Shown piece by piece: positions 1-11,142 of a stretch of 64,000 nt of DNA (positions are counted from its first letter, which is position 1; each line of letters opens with the position of its first letter). Made by a program: the position numbers and the translations under genes. The notes below the pieces were generated by a model. That model was not told the DNA's origin and did no database searches. It saw only the letters and a program-made list of their open reading frames with translations. Origin of the DNA: an uncultured delta proteobacterium (GTDB lineage Bacteria > Myxococcota_A > Polyangia > Fen-1088); contig CAWKJE010000012.1 in assembly GCA_963849735.1 (NCBI GenBank), forward strand, positions 193,199 to 257,198. The letters are read 5' to 3'.

Positions 1-15
1 TACGTCGAGGCCGGG

Positions 16-1053
16 TTGCCGGTGATGGCCGAGTCCAGGGTTGCCTCCGACCGGATGTTGGCGCTGCTGGCGCGGGAGGGCGTCATCGATGCCAGCCAAC
101 ACCGGGAAGCTCGGAACATGGTGGACGCGACCGGTAGAAAGGCGGGCGCCGTGCTGATCGAGCTCGGCTGCCTGGCCAGCGCCGACCTCCTTCCGGTGAT
201 TCGCCATCATTATGAGAGCATAATCACCGGACTCTTCTCATGGGATGCTGGATGCTGGCGCATCGAGGCGGGCGCGACGGCTGGCCCGGAACGGGCGCGG
301 CTCCTGCGGCATCCGGCCGCTTTGATTCGCGAGGGCGTCGCCGCCGGTTATGCCCGCGCGCGGATGGTGAGCCGACTAGGCGGGGAGAGTATTCGCGTGA
401 GCTCGGGCGGGCTTGGCCCGACCGAGCTCGCCCGCGGGGGATCTCAAGGACCCTCCCAGGGTCCTTTCCCTTTACTCAGTAAGGTGTTCTGGCTCGATGA
501 CTCGGCCGGGAACGCCGACGTCATAGCGCAGGTGCTGTGCGACCGTCGCGAGAGTCATGTACCCGTGCTTTTCGATGGGGTGCGATCGGTCGGAGAGGTG
601 GTGCGTGCGGCGGGGTTGCCGGAGGACGTCGTGCTCCAGATCGGGTTTAGCCTCTATTGTGTCGGTGTTCTGCGCGACGCCAAAACTGGTGGATCGGGAC
701 GTCCGCGCGGCGGATTGCGTGATCAGGGTATGCGCAAGCGGAGGATCATGGCCGAGCACGCGCTGGCGCTGGAGAGCGACTACTTCGGGGTGCTGGGGTT
801 GCCGCGCTCGGCCTCGACGGACGAGGTCAGGCGGGCCCACGCCGCGCTTCGCCGGGAGCTCGCGCCCGAGGCGGTCGGGGCCACACTGGGGCGCGAGCTT
901 TGCGCGGAGATCGGCACCATAGCGGAAGTGCTCGACGAGGCTTTGCGGGTTTTGTCGAGCCCGCTACTGCGCCCGGCCTATCAGCAGAGCCTGGCCGATG
1001 ATCGAGATAGCCATCCCGATCGAGCGAGTGGCGCTATGAGCGCGAAGGAGTAG
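16..1053 (+). CDS. MshEN (T2SS GspE N-terminal-like) domain protein with a C-terminal J-like domain; the 5-prime end may extend past the window start
   Basis: N-terminal segments (RMLALLAREGVIDASQ..., AGAVLIELGCLASADLL) match the paired-helix pattern of GspE-N/MshEN domains. The C-terminus DYFGVLGLPRSASTDEVRRAHAALRRELAPE is a J-domain helix II region, but the HPD tripeptide is replaced by APE. The reading frame is open back to position 1. Confidence 0.5.
   Translation: MPVMAESRVASDRMLALLAREGVIDASQHREARNMVDATGRKAGAVLIELGCLASADLLPVIRHHYESIITGLFSWDAGCWRIEAGATAGPERARLLRHPAALIREGVAAGYARARMVSRLGGESIRVSSGGLGPTELARGGSQGPSQGPFPLLSKVFWLDDSAGNADVIAQVLCDRRESHVPVLFDGVRSVGEVVRAAGLPEDVVLQIGFSLYCVGVLRDAKTGGSGRPRGGLRDQGMRKRRIMAEHALALESDYFGVLGLPRSASTDEVRRAHAALRRELAPEAVGATLGRELCAEIGTIAEVLDEALRVLSSPLLRPAYQQSLADDRDSHPDRASGAMSAKE
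446..466. repeat. Palindromic element copy 1 (aaggaccct-ccc-agggtcctt), in-frame inside the MshEN/J-like CDS, encoding SQGPSQGP
   Basis: Perfect 9-bp inverted repeat with a 3-nt loop, read directly. Similar elements occur at 24539-24561 and 32705-32725. Confidence 0.7.
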
Positions 1054-1057
1054 AGCA

Positions 1058-1987
1058 GTGCGGATGGTATTCTTCGGCACCCCAGAGTTCGCCGTGCCTT
1101 CGCTGGCGGCGCTCCTCGGCGATCAGGGTGGCCATGAGGTCTTGGCCGTGGTCAGCCAGCCCGACCGTCCGGCCGGGCGAGGGGCAAAGCTGCACACCCC
1201 ACCGACCAAAGAGCTTGGGCAAGAGCTGGGTATCGCGGTCTTACAACCGACCAAGTTGCGCGACGGCAAGCTGACCGAACAGCTCGCGGCGCTGGCTCCC
1301 GACATTTTCGTGGTCGTGGCCTACGGGCGCATTCTCCCGCCGGACCTGCTGGCGGTGCCCCGGCTGGGGGCCTTCAACGTGCACGCGTCGATCTTGCCCA
1401 AGTTGCGCGGGGCTGCTCCCATTCAATGGGCGATAATTCGCGGGGAAACGGTCACCGGCGTGAGCATAATGCGCATGGAGGCCGGGCTGGACACCGGACC
1501 TATCGCCGCAGTTGCCTCCGTGGATATCGCGCCCAACGATACTGCGGGCACGCTGTCGGTAAGGCTGGCGGCGCTCGGTGCGCAATTGCTGGTCCGCACT
1601 TTGCCGGCCATCGCGGACGGCAGCGCTACTCTGCGCGAGCAAGACCATGCCGCCGCAACTTTGGCTCCGCCTCTGGCAAGAAGCGATGGGCATTTGGATT
1701 TTAGCCAGGGCGCCGCCCAAGTCTGCGCCCGCGCTCGCGGAGTCGACCCTTGGCCGGGGGCCTTTGCCGTGCTAGCCGGGGAAAGCGTGAAGCTGTTCGA
1801 TCCGGTAGTGGTTCCCGGCTCGGGCAGGGCGGGAGAGTTTCTCGGCCTGGCGGAGCGCGGCCTCGTCATCGCGTGCGCCGATGCCGCGGTGGCCTTCGCC
1901 CAGGCTCAGATGCCAGGGCGCAAGCGGATGGCAGCCAACGCCATGCTGGCCGGCCACCCAATAGTCCCAGGCAGCCGCTTTGCGTAG
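1058..1987 (+). CDS. fmt: Methionyl-tRNA formyltransferase
   Basis: N-terminus MRMVFFGTPEFAVPSL, SQPDRPAGRG and HASILPKLRGAAPIQWAI are formyltransferase signatures; about 309 aa. Confidence 0.9.
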   Translation: MRMVFFGTPEFAVPSLAALLGDQGGHEVLAVVSQPDRPAGRGAKLHTPPTKELGQELGIAVLQPTKLRDGKLTEQLAALAPDIFVVVAYGRILPPDLLAVPRLGAFNVHASILPKLRGAAPIQWAIIRGETVTGVSIMRMEAGLDTGPIAAVASVDIAPNDTAGTLSVRLAALGAQLLVRTLPAIADGSATLREQDHAAATLAPPLARSDGHLDFSQGAAQVCARARGVDPWPGAFAVLAGESVKLFDPVVVPGSGRAGEFLGLAERGLVIACADAAVAFAQAQMPGRKRMAANAMLAGHPIVPGSRFA

Positions 1988-2045
1988 CCCGGAGATAGGC
2001 AACGCCGCCCACGCCGCCTAGCAGCCGACTCCGGCTATCTCCGGC
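1988..2045. terminator. Long inverted repeat (cccggagatagg ... cctatctccggc type) between the convergent fmt and sigma factor genes; candidate bidirectional terminator
   Basis: An 11-12 bp inverted repeat flanks a roughly 32-nt loop in a convergent intergenic region. There is no clear U-tract. Confidence 0.25.
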
Positions 2046-2096
2046 TCCGCTCCGGGACGGCAGCGCAAGGCTGGCCCGCCCGCCGCAGCCCACATG

Positions 2097-3722
<1,626 letters not shown>

Positions 3723-3879
3723 TTCCCTTGTTACGTAGTATGTTAACCCACATCAGAGACCAATGTAATGAACGAGATGCTGATAAACCAGCCACAAGGG
3801 GACGATATTCCTGGCGTCGGCTGGGACTCGCATTATCGTTAGATGCCTTGACCTCTGATCGGTTTTAGGTTGTGAGTGG

Positions 3880-3968
3880 CAATTTGGATGCCAGCCCATC
3901 GATTTGGTACCCGGCAGACCGCCTTTTCGTGCAGATTTGGTGCCCGGCAGACGGCCTTGTCGTGCAGA
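3880..3968. repeat. Direct repeats (two about 31-bp copies ATTTGGT(A/G)CCCGGCAGAC(C/G)GCCTT(T/G)TCGTGCAGA plus a partial third) in the AT-richer region upstream of the sigma factor gene
   Basis: Read directly at 3901-3935 and 3944-3968. A partial atttggatgcc lies at 3882-3893. Located about 180-250 bp upstream of the sigma factor start codon. Confidence 0.6.
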
Positions 3969-4121
3969 AGATCGCAGCCGCAGGGGCATGTTAAGGCCGC
4001 AGCCTCCACGGCTCCCCACATCATCGGCGCACGCGACGACCATCGATAGAGGCAGTTGGGGTGCCCGACTCCCGGGCACTGCCGGGCAGGCCGCGGGCCT
4101 CGCCTTATGCCTGGATGGGGC

Positions 4122-6128
4122 TCACGGTGCCTGGCGCTCGCATAGCGCGATGATGCTCTTCGAGGCCGCTCCGAAGAATCTGGATTTCGTGGCCATCGCG
4201 CCCGACACCTCCAGCACACGCAGGCCAGCATGACGGAGAAGCCTGCCCATCTCGTGCAGGCTGTACGCGCGCACTGACACCTCTTGTTCGCTTTGGCGCC
4301 CATCGGCGAACACGACTGAGCGTCGGATGAGGATGCGGCTGGTGTGATAGTTGAAGTCGACCTCCTCCAGCACGACACAGCCTTCCCCTTCCCACCACAC
4401 CCGGCTGGGCAGATCTCCGACTACGTAGTCGCGGTTGACTATGTCGAGGAGAAAGCGTCCACCGGGTTTGAGCGCGCGGCATAGCGACGAAGCAACGCGT
4501 AAGTTGGTCTCCTCGTCGAAATATCCAAACGACGATAGTACGCAATAAGCGCCGTCGAACTCGCCGTCGAACTCCATCTCGCGCATGTCGGCATGAATGA
4601 AATTCACGGATAGGCCGCGCTTTTGCGCGGTGTCGCCGGCCTTGATGAGAAGGGGTAGCGATAGGTCGAGCCCGGTGGTCTTGAAGCCGCGCTGAGCCAT
4701 TTCAATGGCGTGCCTGCCATACCCGCAGGCCAGGTCCAATACCGCTCCCCCCTCAGGCATGGCCAAGGCGTCGCGAATGAATTCGACCTCGTTCGTGGTC
4801 TGCTCCGCCGTCATGGCCGGTGTCGTGCGCAGGTAGTCCTCGCTGAACACCTCTTCGAACCACGGCTTGGCTTGCTTTTGCAGCGGCCGCCGGGCCAGAG
4901 CCTCATGCACCGTGTCTTCCGCTTCACTCGGCGCTTGGTATTCCTCGAATAGGGCAGCAGCGACAATTTGTGATGCGGGGGAATCCGACACGGCCACGGT
5001 CGGCTCACTGGCAGATACTGGCCTAGCCACTCGCTGGGTCGAGGTTGCCGACTGGGGGGCATTGTCGGCAGCTGCGGCAGATGGCTCGGAGCGCTGCAGC
5101 TTGGCTAACTCTGCCTCCGGGACCGGCGGGGGAGTAGTCGGTGGCGCGGGAGGTGGGGTAAGCGACCCGGACGGGGGAGTAGTCCGCGGCGCAGGCGGTG
5201 GGGTAAGCGACCCGGACGGGGGAGTAGTCCGCGGCGCAGGCGGTGGGGTAAGCGACCCGGACGGGGGAGTAGTCCGCGGCGCAGGCGGTGGGGTAGTCGA
5301 TCCTGGCAGAAGAGTAGTTGGCGCGGGAGGTGGGGTAAGTGACCCGGACGGGGGAGTAGTCCGCGGCGCAGGCGGTGGGGTAGTCGATCCTGGCAGAAGA
5401 GTAGTCGGCGCGGGAGGTGGGGTGGGTGGTGGCGCAGGCGGGGCAAGCGTGGCAGGGGGCAGGGTGGCGGCCTGGCCTTCGGTAGCCTCCAAGATGTTGA
5501 GCGATGAGTCGGTCACTATCACCGCCTCCGGCTCCACCTCGCCTATCTCGATGGGCTGAGATTCTGCGCTCGGGCCTTTCGCCATCGGATCAATGGCCAG
5601 GGCGGCCAAGGCGGCCAGGGCGTCCTCCACCTCGTTGGTCGAGGGCGCCTCGAACGACGGACTGGCTTGCCGCGCCTCGAACGATGGCTCGGCCTCCGGT
5701 GTCGCGAACGAGTCGGCCGCCATGCTGGCCGACGAGTCACTCGGGCTATCAGCCAGCGCCGGCGTTTCCGCGATGGCGACGATCGTTTCCTCGGAAGGGG
5801 ATGCACCCGGGGGCGGTGGCGTGGGACCGGCGGCGAGAAAGTCTTCCGGAGTTGCGCCCAGGCTTATGCCCGCCTGCGCCTCAGTCGCGGGCTCTGCTGG
5901 TGCGGGAGGTTGCGGTTCGGGCACCGCCGCGGGCTTGTCCGGTGCGAGATCCGGCAGCACGATTGGCTCGGGAGTTTCGCCGAGCGCCATGTGGTCGGAA
6001 ATGACCCACTGGATCGTTGCGTCGTGATGGGCGCCGGCGCTGGGCTGGGGAATTGCCCCTGCGCTGCTATTGGCCGAAGGATCGGCTTCGGCGTGATTGG
6101 GGGGTGGGGCGATGGGGGTGCGTGGCAT
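4122..6128 (-). CDS. Class I SAM-dependent methyltransferase with a long Pro/Ala/Glu-rich low-complexity N-terminal region
   Basis: C-terminal LDLACGYGRHAIEMAQRGFKTTGLDLS ... VLSSFGYFDEE is a Rossmann SAM-binding motif I plus post-I. The ORF as listed extends to 6539 and overlaps psd. The start is placed at ATG 6128, the first Met after the psd stop. Confidence 0.65.
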   Translation of the reverse strand: MPRTPIAPPPNHAEADPSANSSAGAIPQPSAGAHHDATIQWVISDHMALGETPEPIVLPDLAPDKPAAVPEPQPPAPAEPATEAQAGISLGATPEDFLAAGPTPPPPGASPSEETIVAIAETPALADSPSDSSASMAADSFATPEAEPSFEARQASPSFEAPSTNEVEDALAALAALAIDPMAKGPSAESQPIEIGEVEPEAVIVTDSSLNILEATEGQAATLPPATLAPPAPPPTPPPAPTTLLPGSTTPPPAPRTTPPSGSLTPPPAPTTLLPGSTTPPPAPRTTPPSGSLTPPPAPRTTPPSGSLTPPPAPRTTPPSGSLTPPPAPPTTPPPVPEAELAKLQRSEPSAAAADNAPQSATSTQRVARPVSASEPTVAVSDSPASQIVAAALFEEYQAPSEAEDTVHEALARRPLQKQAKPWFEEVFSEDYLRTTPAMTAEQTTNEVEFIRDALAMPEGGAVLDLACGYGRHAIEMAQRGFKTTGLDLSLPLLIKAGDTAQKRGLSVNFIHADMREMEFDGEFDGAYCVLSSFGYFDEETNLRVASSLCRALKPGGRFLLDIVNRDYVVGDLPSRVWWEGEGCVVLEEVDFNYHTSRILIRRSVVFADGRQSEQEVSVRAYSLHEMGRLLRHAGLRVLEVSGAMATKSRFFGAASKSIIALCERQAP
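5125..5445. repeat. Roughly 45-bp tandem coding repeats (about 7 copies) encoding the 15-aa unit TPPPAPRTTPPSGSL in the methyltransferase N-terminal region
   Basis: The DNA unit ggtggggtaagcgacccggacgggggagtagtccgcggcgcaggc is repeated with variants. The protein shows an identical periodic Pro-rich motif. Confidence 0.8.
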
Positions 6129-6148
6129 GGTGTCGTTGGGCGTGAGGC

Positions 6149-7033
6149 TTACGGCAACCGAGCAATCGGCTCGCCCATCCGGACTTGCCGATCGGAGGCC
6201 AGGGCATCCATGGTAATCCGCCCTGGCTCGAATAGTGTAATGGTAGTCGAGCCCAGGTTGAAGATCCCTAGCTCTTGGCCCCTCTCTACCCTGATGGGGT
6301 CGGTGAAGCGCTTGCTCCTCGCCCTGTCCGTGGCGAACCCTGGCCGATGGGTCGCGACTTCCGCGTCGTAGCTTGCGGTAATGTGTCCGACCCCCACCGC
6401 CGCCACCATGACCACCGCGTAACGGCCCGCCGCGCTGTCGACCACCGTCACGAAGCGTTCGTTGCGTGCGAACAGTCCGGGCTCGCGCTCTACGCTCCTC
6501 TTGCCCACCGGAAATAGGGTGCCAGGGATGTGCATCCAAGCAACGACTTCGCCCCCGAGGGGAAAATGCACGCGATGGTAGTCGCGCGGCGACAGGTAGA
6601 TGGCGACGTAGGGCCCCCCGGCCAATCTGTGGGCCAGGTCAGCATCGGCGAGCAAGTTGGGCAAGGTGAACAGGGCTCCCTTGGCCTCGATCGGCTCGTC
6701 CGCGTCAGCCACGCCGCAATGGCAGATGGTTCCATCCGATGGCGCAACCACCCGGCCTTCATCAGCGGGTATGCGGCTGCCCGGGGCGAGACGTCGGGTA
6801 AAGAACGACTGCAGGCTGCCGTATGCGGCCAAGGGATGCTCAGCGTCAGTGGAGTCGAGCCGATAGTGGCGGACATAGCCACGCAAAACCATGCGCTGCA
6901 GCGGCCCAGGCAGCTGCCGGCGCGCGCCCCAGCCAAGCAATTGCGACAGCAGACGTTTGGGTAGCAAGCGCCAGGCGCTTTGTGCCAGGCGCTCATGGAA
7001 GGAAAGACTTGGCATGATGCGTCTGAGGCTCAA
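6149..7033 (-). CDS. psd: Phosphatidylserine decarboxylase proenzyme
   Basis: YLSPRDYHRVH and the FNLGSTTI self-cleavage LGST motif are both present. Confidence 0.9.
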   Translation of the reverse strand: MSLRRIMPSLSFHERLAQSAWRLLPKRLLSQLLGWGARRQLPGPLQRMVLRGYVRHYRLDSTDAEHPLAAYGSLQSFFTRRLAPGSRIPADEGRVVAPSDGTICHCGVADADEPIEAKGALFTLPNLLADADLAHRLAGGPYVAIYLSPRDYHRVHFPLGGEVVAWMHIPGTLFPVGKRSVEREPGLFARNERFVTVVDSAAGRYAVVMVAAVGVGHITASYDAEVATHRPGFATDRARSKRFTDPIRVERGQELGIFNLGSTTITLFEPGRITMDALASDRQVRMGEPIARLP

Positions 7034-7089
7034 TGTGCAACTCTAGAGCACGCTGGCGCCGGGCTGCAACGGAATACCGAATATGGCAA

Positions 7090-7112
7090 GGCCCACCCGG
7101 GCAGGGTGGGCC
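7090..7112 (-). terminator. GC hairpin (ggcccaccc-N5-gggtgggcc) downstream of glnA; candidate terminator
   Basis: A 9-bp perfect stem lies about 78-100 bp after the glnA stop on the minus strand. The downstream U-tract is weak (uugccauauu). Confidence 0.4.
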
Positions 7113-7189
7113 TTGGGAGAGATGGTCATGCGGGACGTCGCATGGTGGCGCAGCCCCATGCAGCCGGCCTGCGCGACATGCGTCGACGC

Positions 7190-8602
7190 TCAGGCGTCGA
7201 AGTACTGCATGAACTCGAAGGCGGTCGGACGGAGACGAGAGGGTTTGAGCTCGTTCTCCTCTTTCCAGCTGATCCAGGTTTCCACGACATCCTGGGTGAA
7301 GACGTCGCTCTTGAGCAAGAAGGCGTGGTCCTTCTTGAGGTTCTCGAGGGCCTCCTCGAGCGAGCCCGGGGCTTTGGGAATCTCACGCAGCTCCTCGGGC
7401 GGGAGCTCGTAGATGTCCTTGTCCATCGGGTCGCCGGGCTTGATCTTGTTCTGGATGCCATCGATGCCCGCCATCAACATGGCCGCAAAGGCCAGGTACG
7501 GGTTGGCGGTCGGATCCGGGCAGCGGAACTCCACGCGCTTGGCCTTGGGGGAGGAAGCCACGGGCACGCGGATCGAAGCCGAGCGATTGCGGGAGGAGTA
7601 GGCCAGGTTGACGGGCGCCTCGAAGCCGGGCACCAGCCTGCGGTAGCTGTTCAGACCGGGGTTGGTGATGGCGAGCAGAGCGGGGGCGTGCTTGATGAGG
7701 CCGCCGACATAATAGAGCGCGGTCTCGGACAGGCCGGCGTACTTGTCGCCGGCGAAGAGATTCTTCTCCCCTTTCCAGATCGACTGGTGGCAGTGCATGC
7801 CCGAGCCGTTGTCACCGAATATCGGCTTAGGCATGAAGGTCGCCGTCTTGCCCCACTTACGGGCTACGTTCTTGACCACGTGCTTGTACCACATGGTGCG
7901 ATCAGCCATGGTCACGAGCGGCCCGAATACCATCGACAGCTCGGCTTGGCCGGCGGTCGCCACCTCGTGATGGAAGACCTCGACCGTGATGCCCAGCTGC
8001 TCGAGCGTCAGCGCCATCTCGGCGCGGATGTCGGTCTGGCTGTCAATCGGGGGTACGGGGAAATAGCCACGCTTGTAATCCGGCTTGTAGCCGAGGTTGC
8101 CGCCCTCTTCGTCGTTGGCGGTATTCCAGCGGCCTTCCTTGGAGTCGAGCTTGTAGAAGGAGGTGTTGGGTCCCTCTCCGAAGCGAATCTCGTCGAAGAT
8201 GAAGAACTCGGGCTCGGGACCGAAGTACGAGATGTCCGCGAGGCCGGTCTGCTTGAGGTATTGCTCGGCCTTCTTGGCGATCTGGCGCGGGTCGCGCGAG
8301 TAGGGCTGATGGGTCACGGCATCGGCGATGTCGACAATCAGCGACAGGGTTGGCTCCTTGATGAAGGGATCGATCACCGCGGTGGACGCGTCAGGGATAC
8401 AGGTCATGTCCGACTCGTGTATCGCCTTCCAACCGCGGATCGAGCTTCCGTCGAAGTTGAAGCCCTCGCTGAAGGTCTCCTCCTTCAGTTTGTGGATGGG
8501 CATCGTGGTGTGCTGCCACTGCCCGAGCAGATCGACGAACTTGTAATCGACCAGTTTAACACCATGCTTCTTTGCGAACTCGAGAACCTCGGCTGGGGAC
8601 AT
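7190..8602 (-). CDS. glnA: Glutamine synthetase type I
   Basis: 470 aa with N-terminus [27 protein letters not shown] and GS catalytic motifs ([10 protein letters not shown], adenylylation-region NLYELP-like ELP). Confidence 0.95.
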   Translation of the reverse strand: MSPAEVLEFAKKHGVKLVDYKFVDLLGQWQHTTMPIHKLKEETFSEGFNFDGSSIRGWKAIHESDMTCIPDASTAVIDPFIKEPTLSLIVDIADAVTHQPYSRDPRQIAKKAEQYLKQTGLADISYFGPEPEFFIFDEIRFGEGPNTSFYKLDSKEGRWNTANDEEGGNLGYKPDYKRGYFPVPPIDSQTDIRAEMALTLEQLGITVEVFHHEVATAGQAELSMVFGPLVTMADRTMWYKHVVKNVARKWGKTATFMPKPIFGDNGSGMHCHQSIWKGEKNLFAGDKYAGLSETALYYVGGLIKHAPALLAITNPGLNSYRRLVPGFEAPVNLAYSSRNRSASIRVPVASSPKAKRVEFRCPDPTANPYLAFAAMLMAGIDGIQNKIKPGDPMDKDIYELPPEELREIPKAPGSLEEALENLKKDHAFLLKSDVFTQDVVETWISWKEENELKPSRLRPTAFEFMQYFDA

Positions 8603-8670
8603 GTACGCTTTTCCCTTCTGCGCAATCGCGCTACTTGTGAGCTACGGATACCTCAGTTTCTCTAACCCGT

Positions 8671-9063
<393 letters not shown>

Positions 9064-9268
9064 TCAGCCCTGAGCGCCGAAGACTAGCGGCTAAAGGTTT
9101 CCGGCGCATTTCGCCTTCATTAACTTTTGGTAACCCGCGTTGTGGATGAGAGACGTGGGCAGGGGTGCCGGGCGAAGTGCGACCGACGCGTTGTGTGACG
9201 CATGGGATCAGAGCGGCGTCGCGTGCCGCGGAGATGGCGAACGGCGGGAGCTCAACCGGCGGGAGGGC

Positions 9269-10219
9269 TCAAGGAGGGAGCTCGAGCGCACCAATCAGCT
9301 CGCTCACGTCGCTGACCGAATGCTGGCGGCAATAGTCATCGATCTCGCGCCCAATCCGTTCGGCCGACGCCGGATCGATGAAATTCTGGGTGCCGACCTG
9401 GACGGTGCTGGCGCCGGCGAGGAGGAACTCGACTGCGTCGAGGCCGGTCTGAATGCCGCCGATGCCGGAGATGGGGATGCCCAGGCCGGATCGGTAAATT
9501 TGGTACACCATGCGGAGCGCTATCGGCTTGATAGCCGGTCCGGAGAGGCCGCCCAAGACGGTGGCAAGTCTAGGCTTGCGGGTCTGTGCGTCTATGGCCA
9601 TTCCCGTGATGGTATTGATGACCGAGACGGCATCGGCGCCGTTTTCGGCGCAGGCGCGTGCCAAGGCTACGATATCCGAGGTGTTGGGGGTGAGCTTGAC
9701 CCACAGAGGCTTCCGGGTGACAGCTCGGCAGGCACGCACCAGATCGCCCAGTACCCTTGCTTCGCGGCCGAATTCGATGCCGCCCGCCTTGATGTTCGGG
9801 CACGATACGTTCATCTCCAGCCCATCGACTCCGTCGAGCTGGCTGAGCTGTTCACCGCAGCTCACGTACTCGTCGAAGGTAGTACCGAAAAAATTTACCA
9901 GGACCTTGGTTCCGCAGGCGCGCAGAAAGGGCAGCTTGCTGCTGGCGAAACCTTCTACACCCACGTTCTCGAGACCAATGGAATTGAGCATGCCGGCCGC
10001 GGTTTCGCAGATGCGCGGGGCGGGGTTGCCGAACCGAGGCTTGGGCGATATGCCCTTGGTCACCATGCCCCCCAAGGCGGGCAGCGCCATCAAGGAGTCG
10101 AACTCCTTGCCGTAGCCGAAGGTGCCCGACGCGGTGAGCACCGGATTCTTGAAATCTATGCCCCCGCAGCGGACGGCAAGCCGAGCCTGGCCGGGCGACT
10201 CAAAGCCTGGCGCGCTCAC
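9269..10219 (-). CDS. pyrD: Dihydroorotate dehydrogenase (class 1B) catalytic subunit
   Basis: GIDFKNPVLTASGTFGYG and the TIM-barrel DHOD motifs are present. The start is placed at GTG 10219, which overlaps the pyrK stop (GTGA) and has AAGGAG 6 nt upstream. Confidence 0.8.
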   Translation of the reverse strand: MSAPGFESPGQARLAVRCGGIDFKNPVLTASGTFGYGKEFDSLMALPALGGMVTKGISPKPRFGNPAPRICETAAGMLNSIGLENVGVEGFASSKLPFLRACGTKVLVNFFGTTFDEYVSCGEQLSQLDGVDGLEMNVSCPNIKAGGIEFGREARVLGDLVRACRAVTRKPLWVKLTPNTSDIVALARACAENGADAVSVINTITGMAIDAQTRKPRLATVLGGLSGPAIKPIALRMVYQIYRSGLGIPISGIGGIQTGLDAVEFLLAGASTVQVGTQNFIDPASAERIGREIDDYCRQHSVSDVSELIGALELPP

Positions 10220-11049
10220 CCCGCACTCCTTGGTGGCGGATCCGAGGTAGGGGGGATGACAAGCGTAGAGGCCAGGAAAACTGGCCCATCGCAGCAAGCA
10301 TAGCGGTAGGGTCGACTATCGTGCACCGGGGTGGCGCAGCCGAGGCAGACGCCGATGCCGCACGCCATATGAGCTTCGAGGGACAGGTAGCATTCGCGGT
10401 TTACCGCCTCCGCGATCCTGGCCACTGCCCACAGCATTCCCTGTGGCCCGCACGCCATGATGCGCAATCTAGAGAAACGCGCCGAGCTAAGATGGTGGTC
10501 CAGACGAGCCTCTAGCGACAAAGTGACTCGGCCACGTCTCCCGACCGATCCGTCCTCGGTGGCCAAGTGGAGGTTGACGCCGAGGGCCCGCATTTCTGCG
10601 AGCAAGACCAGGTCGCGCGCGCTGCGCCCACCATAAATCAGCTCGCATCTGTCGATCAGGCCGCGTTTGGCGGCGTGCTCGGCCTGCATGAACAGGGGGG
10701 GCAACCCCACTCCGCCTGCCACCAGAAGGTCGATGGTCTCTGGCTCGGGATCGGGGAAGCTGCTGCCAAGCGGCCCCAGCACGGCGACGCGGTCCCCAGG
10801 CTGCGCTGCTTCGAGCAACCGGGTGCCCCGACCGACGCCCCGGGCGAGCAGGTCGGCGCGGCCGTCTGGCGCGACCGAGAGCAACGAGATCGGTCTAGGC
10901 AGAAGTGGGTCACGACCCCAGTCGCCGCGCAGCATAATGAATTGTCCTGCCCTGCTTCCCGCCAGGGACTCGCAACCGCCGAGGCGGAGGGTAAAGTACT
11001 CATTACCCAGTGCGCGATTCCCTGTGATTCTCGCGTCAAAATAGCGCAT
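10216..11049 (-). CDS. pyrK: Dihydroorotate dehydrogenase electron transfer subunit (FAD / 2Fe-2S)
   Basis: MRYFDARITGNRALGNEYFTLRL at the N-terminus and a C-terminal CGIGVCLGC cluster motif. Lies upstream of pyrD. Confidence 0.8.
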   Translation of the reverse strand: MRYFDARITGNRALGNEYFTLRLGGCESLAGSRAGQFIMLRGDWGRDPLLPRPISLLSVAPDGRADLLARGVGRGTRLLEAAQPGDRVAVLGPLGSSFPDPEPETIDLLVAGGVGLPPLFMQAEHAAKRGLIDRCELIYGGRSARDLVLLAEMRALGVNLHLATEDGSVGRRGRVTLSLEARLDHHLSSARFSRLRIMACGPQGMLWAVARIAEAVNRECYLSLEAHMACGIGVCLGCATPVHDSRPYRYACCDGPVFLASTLVIPPTSDPPPRSAG

Positions 11050-11142
11050 ACTTCGTCTGCCGATGGCTCTCTCTATTCGGATTTGTTGCAGCTTGCAAGC
11101 TAACGTGTTACTAGGCGAAATCATAGAGAACCGGGGCAAACC

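Noticed and set aside
5125-5445. 45-bp repeats considered as a non-coding repeat or mobile sequence
   Set aside because: They keep a single open frame continuous with the methyltransferase domain and encode a regular 15-aa Pro-rich unit, so they are treated as a coding repeat.
6128-6539. N-terminal 137 aa of ORF 4122..6539
   Set aside because: They overlap psd (strong LGST/PSD signature) and are Gly/Arg-rich with no features. The start was moved to the first ATG after the psd stop.
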